DNA of 64,000 nt, taken from assembly GCA_017436125.1 (NCBI GenBank), contig JAFSDS010000026.1:862-64861 (forward strand), read 5' to 3'. Shown here one piece after another: positions 6,869 to 15,540 of this stretch. This DNA is from Oscillospiraceae bacterium (GTDB taxonomy: Bacteria > Bacillota > Clostridia > Oscillospirales > Ruminococcaceae). The notes below the pieces were generated by a model. That model saw only the letters and a program-made list of their open reading frames with translations, was not told the DNA's origin and searched no databases. Each line of letters starts with the position of its first letter. Positions within the stretch are counted from its first letter, which is position 1. Position numbers and translations under genes: made by a program.

Positions 6869-9826
6869 ATGAAAAAGAAAATTCTGTCCTTGGTATTAGC
6901 TTTGACCATGATTTTCGGCGGAATTGTTCCGGCTTTTGCTGTTGAACTTAAACCCATCGAAGATTATGTTCCCAATACCGAAGAAAACGAAGTAGTTTCC
7001 GGTGAGGAAGAAATCGTTGAAGAAATTCCTGTTATGTATGCAGCACAGACCGGATATTGCGGCGATTATCTTGACTGGGAATATGAAGCAGGTGTTCTTA
7101 CCATTTTTGGTGAAGGCGCTATGTATGACTATACCGTCAAATCTTCTGTATTTGAAACAAAAGTTGATACTCCTTGGTTCAATTTTAAAGACAGCATTAC
7201 TTCCGTAGTTATTGAAGATGCAACCACCATTGGTGATTATGCTTTCTACGGATGCTCCAAACTTGCTTCTGTTACCACTGCAGACAGTGTTGAATCCATC
7301 GGTGACGGTGCATTTTACGGATGCTCTGCACTTAAGGATGCTGTTCTCCCCAAAGAACTTAAAACAATCGGAACCAGTGCTTTTGAAAACGCAGGACTTA
7401 ACGGTAAAGTAATTCTTGGCGAAAAAGTAACCTCCGTTGGCGAAAAAGTATTTAAAGGAACCTCCATTACCGAAGTAGGTATTCCTGCTGGAGTAGAATT
7501 TATTGGTATCGGCGCATTCTGTGCAAAAGAAGGTCTTGTAACCATCTCTGTTGCAGCAGAAAACGAAAACTATGTTGCTGTTGATAATGTACTTTTCAGC
7601 AAAGACATGAAAACCATTATGCAGTATCCCTCCGGAGCAGCTGCAGCAGAATATACCGTTCCTTACGGCGTTGAAAAAATCGAAAGCTATGCTTTTGCCG
7701 GCAATAACATCAAAACTGTTGTTGTTCCCGAAAGCGTAACTCTTGTTGAACGTCACGCATTTACCGGATGCACTAACCTTGAAAATGTTACCTTCGGCGG
7801 AAAAGCTCCCGAAGTTTATGCGGCAACGCATGACGACCCTTCCTTCAACGTTAAAACCGAACTTAACTATGTTGCAGGTTCCGAGGGCTGGGATCCCGTC
7901 GGCGGCGAATGGAACGGATATAAAGCAGTTCCTCTTGGCTTTGTGGAAATTGCAAGCGGAACCTGCGGCGATAACGCTGAATGGACCCTTGGAAGCGACG
8001 GAAAACTTGTTATCAGCGGCAGCGGCGAAATGTATGACTATGCAGTAAAATCTGTTCTTCCTACCATTTCCACCACTGCTCCCTGGGATGCATATAAAGA
8101 AGCTATCAAAGAAGTTTCTGTTGAAGACGGCATTACCTCCGTCGGAGCTGCTGCTTTCTACGGATGTGAATACATCGAAGAAGTTGAACTTGCAGATTCT
8201 GTAAAAGAAATCGGCAACATCGCATTTTACGGATGCAAAAAACTTGCTGCTGTTAAAGGTGCAAAAGGCCTTGTTACCATCGGAAACTCCGCTTTTGCAA
8301 GAACTTCCATTACTGAATTTACCGTTGCAAAAACCGTAACCTCTATCGGTACTAACGTATTTGATGAAACCGCAAAACTTGCTTCCATCAAAGTTGAAGA
8401 AGGCAACGCAAACTATGTTTCTGTTGACGGTGTTCTTTTCACCGCAGATAAAGAAACTCTTATCAAATATCCCTCTGCAGCAACTGCAGCTGAATATGTT
8501 GTTCCCAGAGGCGTTAAAACTGTTGAGATCCTTGCATTTGAAAACCCCAACCTCGCAAGAATTTATCTTCCCGAAAGCTTTGAAGAAGCTGAATATATGG
8601 CATTCTCCAAATGCGAAAGCCTTAAACATGTTTACTTCAGGGGCGACGCTCCCAAAGTTTCCGCAGCAGATATCCCGATTGCTTCTTTCGGCGAGGGTGT
8701 AACCCTTTATTATATCAGCGGAACCGAAGGCTGGACTGAAGGTACCTGGAACGGATATACCTGCAAAGTATGGGAAATTGATGTAATCGCAAGCGGAACC
8801 TGCGGCGAAGGCCTTACCTGGACTCTTGATGGTGCAGGAAAACTTATCATTTCCGGCGCAGGAAAAATGGATGATTATGATATCCTCTCCTATGACGGCG
8901 TTGATGCAATAACCAGCGCTCCCTGGGATAGCTATGAACGTTTTATCACTTCTATCTCCATCGGCAACGAAGTAACTTCCATCGGCGATAACGCATTCTA
9001 TAAATATGAAAATGTTGGCGCCGCAGTAATCGGAACCACCGTTGAATCCATCGGCCAGAACGCATTCTATGGATGTGAAGGCGTTTCCAGAGTAATCCTT
9101 CCCGAAACCCTTAAAACCATCGGCGACGAAGCTTTTGCCGGAACCGGAATTACTGATATCACTGTTCCTGCTTCCGTAACCTCCATCGGAAACGATGCAC
9201 TTAAAGATACCGATGCACTTGCAAACATCAAAGTTATCGAAGGCAACGCAAACTATGCTTCTGTTGACGGCGTTCTTTTCAGCGCAGACAAAAAAGCACT
9301 TATCAAATATCCTTCTGCAAAAGAAGGAACTTCTTATGAAGCTCCCGCAGGAGTTGAAACTGTTGAAAGCAACGCATTCGACAGCGAAAAACTTACTTCT
9401 GTAACTCTTCCCGAAAGCCTTAAAACCGTTGAGCACAGCGCATTTATCGGCTGCGAAAACCTTAAAGAGGTCGTATTTAACGGAAAAGAACCCACCGTAA
9501 CCGAAGCCGGCAGTGAAGCTTCTTCCTTCGGCGAAAACGTTGTTCTTTACTATTTCGAAGATAACGGCTGGACCGTTGAAAACGAAAAATGGAACGGTTA
9601 TACCACCAAAGTATATGTTGAATATCTCCGCGGCGACGTTAACGAAGACGGTTTTGTAAATGCCCGTGACAGCCAGAGACTTTATGAACACCTTGTTGGT
9701 AAAAAACCTCTTATCGAAGGTTCCAAAGGCCTTAAAGCAGCTGACGTTAACGAGGACGGCATTATCAACGCCCGCGACAGCCAGAGACTTTATGAACACC
9801 TTGTTGGTAAAAAACCTTTTGTATAA
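6869..9826 (+). CDS. Dockerin protein with three tandem BspA-type LRR cassettes
   Basis: AAAGGAGA lies 9 nt before ATG 6869. Signal peptide ...GGIVPAFA. Three cassettes each start with xxGxCG..W(T/E)...G.L.I.G.G.MYDY and end with ...GW...WNGY. Dockerin at the C-terminus. Confidence 0.85.
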   Translation: MKKKILSLVLALTMIFGGIVPAFAVELKPIEDYVPNTEENEVVSGEEEIVEEIPVMYAAQTGYCGDYLDWEYEAGVLTIFGEGAMYDYTVKSSVFETKVDTPWFNFKDSITSVVIEDATTIGDYAFYGCSKLASVTTADSVESIGDGAFYGCSALKDAVLPKELKTIGTSAFENAGLNGKVILGEKVTSVGEKVFKGTSITEVGIPAGVEFIGIGAFCAKEGLVTISVAAENENYVAVDNVLFSKDMKTIMQYPSGAAAAEYTVPYGVEKIESYAFAGNNIKTVVVPESVTLVERHAFTGCTNLENVTFGGKAPEVYAATHDDPSFNVKTELNYVAGSEGWDPVGGEWNGYKAVPLGFVEIASGTCGDNAEWTLGSDGKLVISGSGEMYDYAVKSVLPTISTTAPWDAYKEAIKEVSVEDGITSVGAAAFYGCEYIEEVELADSVKEIGNIAFYGCKKLAAVKGAKGLVTIGNSAFARTSITEFTVAKTVTSIGTNVFDETAKLASIKVEEGNANYVSVDGVLFTADKETLIKYPSAATAAEYVVPRGVKTVEILAFENPNLARIYLPESFEEAEYMAFSKCESLKHVYFRGDAPKVSAADIPIASFGEGVTLYYISGTEGWTEGTWNGYTCKVWEIDVIASGTCGEGLTWTLDGAGKLIISGAGKMDDYDILSYDGVDAITSAPWDSYERFITSISIGNEVTSIGDNAFYKYENVGAAVIGTTVESIGQNAFYGCEGVSRVILPETLKTIGDEAFAGTGITDITVPASVTSIGNDALKDTDALANIKVIEGNANYASVDGVLFSADKKALIKYPSAKEGTSYEAPAGVETVESNAFDSEKLTSVTLPESLKTVEHSAFIGCENLKEVVFNGKEPTVTEAGSEASSFGENVVLYYFEDNGWTVENEKWNGYTTKVYVEYLRGDVNEDGFVNARDSQRLYEHLVGKKPLIEGSKGLKAADVNEDGIINARDSQRLYEHLVGKKPFV
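9630..9826 (+). other. Dockerin module
   Basis: GDVNEDGFVNARDSQRLYEHLVGKKP ... DVNEDGIINARDSQRLYEHLVGKKP. The two halves share an exact 42-nt repeat (9668-9709 and 9776-9817). Confidence 0.8.
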
Positions 9827-9832
9827 GATATG

Positions 9833-9864
9833 AAAGAAGCCCCGGATTTTCCGGGGCTTTTTTA
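9833..9864 (+). terminator. Rho-independent terminator (GCCCCGG family)
   Basis: agccccgg-atttt-ccggggct followed by T6. Confidence 0.85.
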
Positions 9865-9893
9865 TTGTTTTGATATGATGAATGGAGTATAAT
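9865..9893 (+). promoter_or_regulatory. Putative sigma-A promoter TTGTTT-17-TATAAT
   Basis: Hexamers at 9865-9870 and 9888-9893, 36 nt upstream of ATG 9930. Confidence 0.5.
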
Positions 9894-9929
9894 ACCATAC
9901 ATAAGATATCTTACATTTCGGAGGATAAA

Positions 9930-12479
9930 ATGAAAAAGACCATAGGCCTTGTTGTTCTTATTCTTATGATTTTTGCTGTTTTTTCGGTCAATGCTTTTGC
10001 GGCAACAACCCTTGCAAGCGGTTATTGCGGCGGAGAAGGCGACGGAACAAATCTTACCTGGACCATAGACGGCGATGGGACCCTTACCATAAGCGGAACC
10101 GGTGCCATGAAAAATTATCACTGTAAGTTTGACGGTGTATCGTTTCAGTATCTTACAACCGCGCCATGGGGTGAATATCGTGACAAGATAAATACCCTTG
10201 TGCTTAGTGAAGGTATAACAACAATCGGTGAATACGCTTTCAGTGAGTGCTCAAATCTTAAAGGAGAACTTATGCTTCCGAGCACTTTAACAGACATAGA
10301 AGGATATGCTTTTAAAAGCTGCAGCGGTTTTACCGGAGATCTTATTATTCCGGACAGCGTAGTAAATATAGGCGCACTTGCATTCTATAAATGCGAAGGC
10401 TTTGACGGAAAGCTTGTAATAAGCAAAAATGTAACATCTGTTGAACAGGCAACTTTCCAGTCGTGTTATGGCTTGAGCGGAAATCTTATTATTCCTGAAG
10501 GAGTAACTAAAATTGCCAAATATGCTTTTAACGGCTGTAAAAGTTTTACAGGCGATCTTATAATCCCGGACAGCGTAACCGAAATCGGAGAAGAAGCATT
10601 TTCTGTTTGTGACGGTTTTGACGGAAAATTGGTAATAGGCAAAAATGTTTCGGTAATAGAAAAGGCAGCCTTTGAATTTTGCGATGCTCTTAAAGGTTCC
10701 GTTGTTTTAAGCGATAAAATAACAAATATCGGAAGCTATGCTTTTAAATTCTGCGGAATAAACGAATATTATTTTGAAGGAAATGCCCCAACCGTAACTG
10801 CGGCAGACGTGACGGGTTCTTCTTTTGATTCCGCTAAAGATACGATTTATTATCCTGCGGATAATACTTCCTGGGTCATAACCGACGGCCTTTGGAACGG
10901 ATATAAAACCGCTGCGCTTATTGCATCCGGTTATTGCGGCGGAGAAGGCGACGGAACAAATCTCGCCTGGACCCTTACCGCGGACGGAACCCTTACCATA
11001 AGCGGAACCGGGAAAATGGCGGACTATGATTACGATTATGATGTATACGATAACGGCTATACCCATACAACCGCTCCCTGGTTTGCATATAAGGAAAGCC
11101 TTAATACCCTTGTTCTTAAAGAGGGCATAACCTATATCGGAAAATGCGCTTTTTCAAATCTTGATACCCTTAGCGGAAATCTTACACTTCCGAAGAGTCT
11201 GGAATCCATAGGCTATGCAGCGTTCAGCAAATGCTCCGGTTTCAGCGGAAATCTTGTTCTTCCCAATGGCCTTAAAACCATAGGCGCGCATGCTTTTGCC
11301 GAATGCGAAAACTTTGTTGGAAGCCTTACTATTCCGGAGAGCGTCACCGAACTCGGTGCTTCTGCATTCAGAGAATGCCGAGGATTTGACGGAACGCTCA
11401 CCGTTCCGGGAAGCATTAAAGAAATCAATGAATGGACATTCTTTATCTGCGACGGATTCAGTAAGCTTGTTCTCGGCGAGGGCATAGAAACTATTAAACA
11501 GGAAGCTTTTTCAAACAGCGAAGGATATACAGGAAAACTTATCCTTCCGGAAAGCCTTGAATCCATAGGATATTCGGCTTTTCAGTATTGTGAAGGGTTC
11601 ACCGGTGATCTTGTTATCCCGAACAGCGTAACATCCATCGGAGATTGTGCGTTCAAAGATTGCAGAGGTTTTGACGGAAAACTCGTCCTTTCCGAAAATC
11701 TTCTTTCCATAGGGGAACAGGCTTTCAGCTGGTGCAAAAACTTTAACGGCGACCTTATCATTCCGGACAGCGTAACGGAAATAGATGCCTATGCCTTCCA
11801 GACCTGCAGCGGTTTTGACGGAAAAATCGTTATAGGTAAAAACGTAAAAACCATTGGTATGAATGCCTTCAATAACTGCTCCGGACTTACCGGTGATCTT
11901 ATTATTCCGGACAGCGTAACTGAAATAGGCGAAAGAGCGTTTGCTATGTGCGTAAAACTTGACGGGGAACTTGTTCTTTCAAAGAAGCTTACGAGAATAA
12001 ATGACAGTGTTTTCGAATATTGCAAAAACCTTTCCGGAAAAGTTGTTATCCCGGCAAATATCCTGAGCATCAGGGATGATGCCTTTGATGAATGCGGAAT
12101 CGATAAATTCTATTTTGAGGGCAACGCCCCCTCCGTAAGGATTGCAACGGCCACAAACTCCTCTTTTGATGCTGAAAAGGACGTTATTTATTATCCCGTC
12201 GGAAACGGCACCTGGGAGATTGTTGACGGAAAATGGAACGGCTATAATGTCAAAACATATGACCCTAATGTAAAAATTATGATCGGTGACTGCAATGGCG
12301 ACGGGGTAATAAATGCCCGCGACAGCCAGAGGCTTTATGAGCATATTGTCGGTAAAAATCCCTTTGCAAAAGGTTCCGATGAATATACTGCCGCCGATGT
12401 TAACGGCGACGGAATCATCAATGCCCGTGACAGCCAGAGACTTTATGAACATATAGTCGGCAAAAATCCCCTTAATTAA
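9930..12479 (+). CDS. Dockerin protein with two long BspA-type LRR cassettes
   Basis: GGAGGA lies 5 nt before ATG 9930 (the ORF track starts at 9882). Signal peptide MKKTIGLVVLILMIFAVFSVNAFA. Two ASGYCGGEGDGTNL.WT... cassette starts. Many xIPxSVxxIGxxAFxxC repeats. Dockerin at the C-terminus. Confidence 0.85.
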   Translation: MKKTIGLVVLILMIFAVFSVNAFAATTLASGYCGGEGDGTNLTWTIDGDGTLTISGTGAMKNYHCKFDGVSFQYLTTAPWGEYRDKINTLVLSEGITTIGEYAFSECSNLKGELMLPSTLTDIEGYAFKSCSGFTGDLIIPDSVVNIGALAFYKCEGFDGKLVISKNVTSVEQATFQSCYGLSGNLIIPEGVTKIAKYAFNGCKSFTGDLIIPDSVTEIGEEAFSVCDGFDGKLVIGKNVSVIEKAAFEFCDALKGSVVLSDKITNIGSYAFKFCGINEYYFEGNAPTVTAADVTGSSFDSAKDTIYYPADNTSWVITDGLWNGYKTAALIASGYCGGEGDGTNLAWTLTADGTLTISGTGKMADYDYDYDVYDNGYTHTTAPWFAYKESLNTLVLKEGITYIGKCAFSNLDTLSGNLTLPKSLESIGYAAFSKCSGFSGNLVLPNGLKTIGAHAFAECENFVGSLTIPESVTELGASAFRECRGFDGTLTVPGSIKEINEWTFFICDGFSKLVLGEGIETIKQEAFSNSEGYTGKLILPESLESIGYSAFQYCEGFTGDLVIPNSVTSIGDCAFKDCRGFDGKLVLSENLLSIGEQAFSWCKNFNGDLIIPDSVTEIDAYAFQTCSGFDGKIVIGKNVKTIGMNAFNNCSGLTGDLIIPDSVTEIGERAFAMCVKLDGELVLSKKLTRINDSVFEYCKNLSGKVVIPANILSIRDDAFDECGIDKFYFEGNAPSVRIATATNSSFDAEKDVIYYPVGNGTWEIVDGKWNGYNVKTYDPNVKIMIGDCNGDGVINARDSQRLYEHIVGKNPFAKGSDEYTAADVNGDGIINARDSQRLYEHIVGKNPLN
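12285..12479 (+). other. Dockerin module
   Basis: GDCNGDGVINARDSQRLYEHIVGKNP ... DVNGDGIINARDSQRLYEHIVGKNPLN. Confidence 0.8.
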
Positions 12480-12529
12480 AAGGTAAAATAAAATCTGTTA
12501 TTTTAACAAAATTTTATAGTTTTATTTAT

Positions 12530-12569
12530 AAAAAACGCCCAAAAGTGCTTGACATTTGGGCGTTTTTTC
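12530..12569 (+). terminator. Rho-independent terminator
   Basis: acgcccaaa-(11-nt loop)-tttgggcgt followed by T6. Confidence 0.8.
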
Positions 12570-12577
12570 TTTATAAT
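12549..12577 (+). promoter_or_regulatory. Consensus sigma-A promoter TTGACA-17-TATAAT, overlapping the terminator
   Basis: The -35 (12549-12554) lies in the terminator loop. The -10 is at 12572-12577. Drives ylxM-ffh. Confidence 0.65.
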
Positions 12578-12629
12578 AATATGGTAGTTGTAAAGTAAAA
12601 AGCTTTACAAAACAAAGGAGGTGAACACA

Positions 12630-12992
12630 GTGCCGAAGGATATGAATATTTCTCTTCTGTTCGATTTTTACGGTGAGATCCTTACCGAAAAACAGCAGGA
12701 CGTTATCGATTATTATTATAACGATGACCTTTCCCTTGCAGAAATTTCCGAGCATCTCGGCATCACGAGGCAGGGTGTTCGCGATTCCATAAAAAGGGCG
12801 GAGGCAACTCTTCTTGATATGGAAGATAAGCTTGGACTTGCAAAGCGCTTCCGCGAGATCCAGCGCGGACTTGATACTATCATAAGCGAAGCCCACGCTA
12901 TCGAAGACGACAGCATCCGCGGAGCAACTATCCGTGACATAACCCAGCATACAATGAAAATTGTTGAAGTCGCTGGTCATCTTAACGATTAA
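12630..12992 (+). CDS. ylxM: YlxM/UPF0122 helix-turn-helix protein preceding ffh
   Basis: GTG 12630 lies 8 nt after AAGGAGG. LLFDFYGEILTEKQQDVIDYYYNDDLSLAEISEHLGITRQGVRDSIKRAE is the YlxM signature. Conserved position upstream of ffh. Confidence 0.85.
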   Translation: MPKDMNISLLFDFYGEILTEKQQDVIDYYYNDDLSLAEISEHLGITRQGVRDSIKRAEATLLDMEDKLGLAKRFREIQRGLDTIISEAHAIEDDSIRGATIRDITQHTMKIVEVAGHLND

Positions 12993-13004
12993 CGGAGAGA
13001 AAAT

Positions 13005-14387
13005 ATGGCATTTGAAGGATTATCCGATAAGCTTTCCGCTGTTTTTAAAAAGCTGAGAAACAAGGGAAAGCTCACCGAAAGCGACGTTAAAGCCGCTATG
13101 CGCGAAGTCCGCCTTGCTCTTCTTGAAGCGGACGTCAACTATAAAGTTGCAAAAGATTTCGTTGCAAAAGTAAGCGAAAGAGCTGTCGGCGCAGAGGTTC
13201 TCGAAAGTCTCACTCCCGCCCAGCACGTTATAAAAATCGTAAATGAGGAACTCACCGCTTTGATGGGCGAATCCAACGCAAGGATCCAGTTTTCATCAAA
13301 GATCCCGACGATAATTATGATGGTCGGTCTTCAGGGTTCCGGTAAAACCACCCATTCGGGCAAGCTTGCTCTTCATTTCAAAAAAATGGGCAGAAGACCG
13401 CTTCTTGTTGCGTGCGACGTTTACCGTCCTGCAGCAATCGATCAGCTTAAAGTTGTTGGAAGTCAGATAGATGTTCCGGTTTTTGAAATGGGCCAGATAG
13501 AGCCCCTCACCATCGCAAAAAAGGCCGTTTCTCACGCAAAGGACTATGGCAACGATATCGTAATACTCGATACGGCGGGCCGCCTTCATGTTGATACGGA
13601 GCTTATGGATGAGCTTCAGGGACTTAAAGATGAATTTAAACCCGAAGAAATTTTGCTTGTAATCGACTCCATGACCGGTCAGGATGCGGTAAACGTTGCC
13701 GCCGCTTTTAATGAAAAGCTCGGCATCACCGGTACCATCCTTACCAAGCTGGACGGCGATACCCGCGGCGGTGCGGCCCTTTCCGTAAGAGCTGTTACCG
13801 GCGCACCTATCAAGTTTATCGGTACCGGCGAAAAGCTTACCGATCTTGAACCTTTCCACCCGGACCGTATGGCTTCAAGAATCCTCGGCATGGGCGACGT
13901 TCTTACCCTTATCGAAAGGGCAGAGGAACAGATGGACGCCAAGAAAGCCGAAGAAATGGCCAAAAAGATGGGCGAAAACACCTTTGACCTCAACGATCTG
14001 CTTGAGCAGATGAAACAGGTCAAAAAAATGGGTTCCCTCAGTTCGATAGTCGCAATGCTTCCCGGAGCAAAGAAAAAGCTTTCCGACGAGGAAGAGGCGC
14101 AGGGCGAAAAACAGCTTAAGCGCACCGAAGCGATCATCAACTCCATGACTAAAAAGGAGAGGGCAAAACCTTCCATTATCGATGCAAAACGCAAAAAGAG
14201 AATTGCGGCAGGTTCCGGAACGGAAGTTTCTGACGTAAACCGCCTTCTTAAACAGTTTGAACAGATGCAGAAGATGATGAAACAGCTTTCCGGAAACGGA
14301 AAACAGGGCAGAAAGATGCGCCAGATGCTCAGCCAGATGGAAAATCAGGGCAATATGGGCGGCTTTGGCGGCGGAATGCCCTTTTAA
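13005..14387 (+). CDS. ffh: Signal recognition particle protein Ffh
   Basis: GLQGSGKTT P-loop, DTAGR, TKLDGD, and a Met-rich M domain. Confidence 0.97.
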   Translation: MAFEGLSDKLSAVFKKLRNKGKLTESDVKAAMREVRLALLEADVNYKVAKDFVAKVSERAVGAEVLESLTPAQHVIKIVNEELTALMGESNARIQFSSKIPTIIMMVGLQGSGKTTHSGKLALHFKKMGRRPLLVACDVYRPAAIDQLKVVGSQIDVPVFEMGQIEPLTIAKKAVSHAKDYGNDIVILDTAGRLHVDTELMDELQGLKDEFKPEEILLVIDSMTGQDAVNVAAAFNEKLGITGTILTKLDGDTRGGAALSVRAVTGAPIKFIGTGEKLTDLEPFHPDRMASRILGMGDVLTLIERAEEQMDAKKAEEMAKKMGENTFDLNDLLEQMKQVKKMGSLSSIVAMLPGAKKKLSDEEEAQGEKQLKRTEAIINSMTKKERAKPSIIDAKRKKRIAAGSGTEVSDVNRLLKQFEQMQKMMKQLSGNGKQGRKMRQMLSQMENQGNMGGFGGGMPF

Positions 14388-14461
14388 TTAAAGGTCTTTA
14401 GGCTATATGCCAAATGATAAATCAGTTTTAAATTTTTATTTAACCATAGGAGGAAAAAACA

Positions 14462-14704
14462 ATGTCCGTTAAAATCAGACTGCGCCGCATGGGCGCTAAA
14501 AAAGCTCCCTTTTACAGAATCGTAGTAGCAGATTCCCGTTATCCCAGAGATGGCCGTTTCATCGAAGAAGTTGGCTATTATGATCCTACAAAAGAACCTT
14601 CCGTAATCAAAGTTGACAAAGAGAAAGTTGAAAAATGGATCGCTTCCGGCGCACAGCCCACCGATACCGTTAAAGCACTTCTCAAAATCGAAGGCGTTCT
14701 CTAA
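14462..14704 (+). CDS. rpsP: 30S ribosomal protein S16
   Basis: [26 protein letters not shown]. Confidence 0.97.
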   Translation: MSVKIRLRRMGAKKAPFYRIVVADSRYPRDGRFIEEVGYYDPTKEPSVIKVDKEKVEKWIASGAQPTDTVKALLKIEGVL

Positions 14705-14721
14705 TGCCGGAGGTTTTCAAC

Positions 14722-14955
14722 ATGGAAGAACTGCTTGCTGTAATCGCACGCGGCCTTGTTGAGGATAAGGATGCAGTTTCCGTAACTGTTGATGAGCCGG
14801 ATGAGGAAGGTACCGTTGTTTACCATCTTCATGTTGCAGCTTCCGATATGGGAAGAGTTATCGGCCGTCAGGGCAAAATTGCCCGTGCGATCCGCACCCT
14901 TATGCGCACAGCTGCGAACCGTGCCGGCAAGAAAGTTGCTGTCACGATCGAATAA
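14722..14955 (+). CDS. KH-domain RNA-binding protein (YlqC/UPF0109 family)
   Basis: GGAGG lies 8 nt before ATG 14722 (an alternative ATG 14704 overlaps the rpsP stop). GRVIGRQGKIARAIRTL is a KH motif. Confidence 0.85.
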   Translation: MEELLAVIARGLVEDKDAVSVTVDEPDEEGTVVYHLHVAASDMGRVIGRQGKIARAIRTLMRTAANRAGKKVAVTIE

Positions 14956-14970
14956 TTTTCAAAAATCAGA

Positions 14971-15000
14971 TTCCCTCGTCAAAACAATTTGACGGGGGAA
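14971..15000 (+). promoter_or_regulatory. 13-bp stem-loop between the KH gene and rimM (no U-tract)
   Basis: ttccctcgtcaaa-acaa-tttgacgggggaa. Possible processing or attenuation element within the operon. Confidence 0.3.
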
Positions 15001-15027
15001 TTGTAAAATTATGCGAGGTTTTATTAT

Positions 15028-15540
15028 ATGAAAAAACAGTTTCTTGAAGTCGGCGAAGTTGTAACCGTCCATGGCCTTCGCGGAGATCTGCGCCTTTATC
15101 CATGGTGTGATCCGGGCGATATTGAGCGCAGCGCAAGAATGTATCTTGATGAAAACGGTGAACAGGAATACCGCGTTTCCTATGCCAAACCCCATAAGAA
15201 TGTATATCTTGTTAAACTCAAGGGCGTTGATAATCCTGAAGAGGCAAGAAAGTTTATCGGCAAGGTCCTCTATATGAACCGCAACGATATCCCCATGAAA
15301 AAAGGCGATTATTTTATTCAGGATATCATCGGACTTAAAGTTGTTGATGCCGAAGGCAGAGTTTACGGTGAAGTTACCGATGTTGCTCCCACCGGCGCAA
15401 ACGATATTTACTGTGTGTGTGATGCGGACGGAAAAGAAACCTGGATTCCCGCTATTCCTCAGGTAATAGATACCGTGGATATCGACGGCGGTGTTCTCAC
15501 CATCACTCCCATGAAAGGACTTTTTGACGATGAGGATTGA
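15028..15540 (+). CDS. rimM: 16S rRNA processing protein RimM
   Basis: VGEVVTVHGLRGDLRL N-terminus, PRC-barrel C-terminus, operon context. Confidence 0.9.
   Translation: MKKQFLEVGEVVTVHGLRGDLRLYPWCDPGDIERSARMYLDENGEQEYRVSYAKPHKNVYLVKLKGVDNPEEARKFIGKVLYMNRNDIPMKKGDYFIQDIIGLKVVDAEGRVYGEVTDVAPTGANDIYCVCDADGKETWIPAIPQVIDTVDIDGGVLTITPMKGLFDDED

Noticed and set aside
6896-9898. 1000-aa minus-strand ORF, the longest in the window
   Set aside because: It lies codon-aligned antisense to gene 6869-9826. That gene has an RBS, a signal peptide, LRR cassettes and a dockerin. The antisense translation is low-complexity (rich in F, N, C, G, S) with no motifs or RBS. It stays open only because the sense strand avoids TTA, CTA and TCA.
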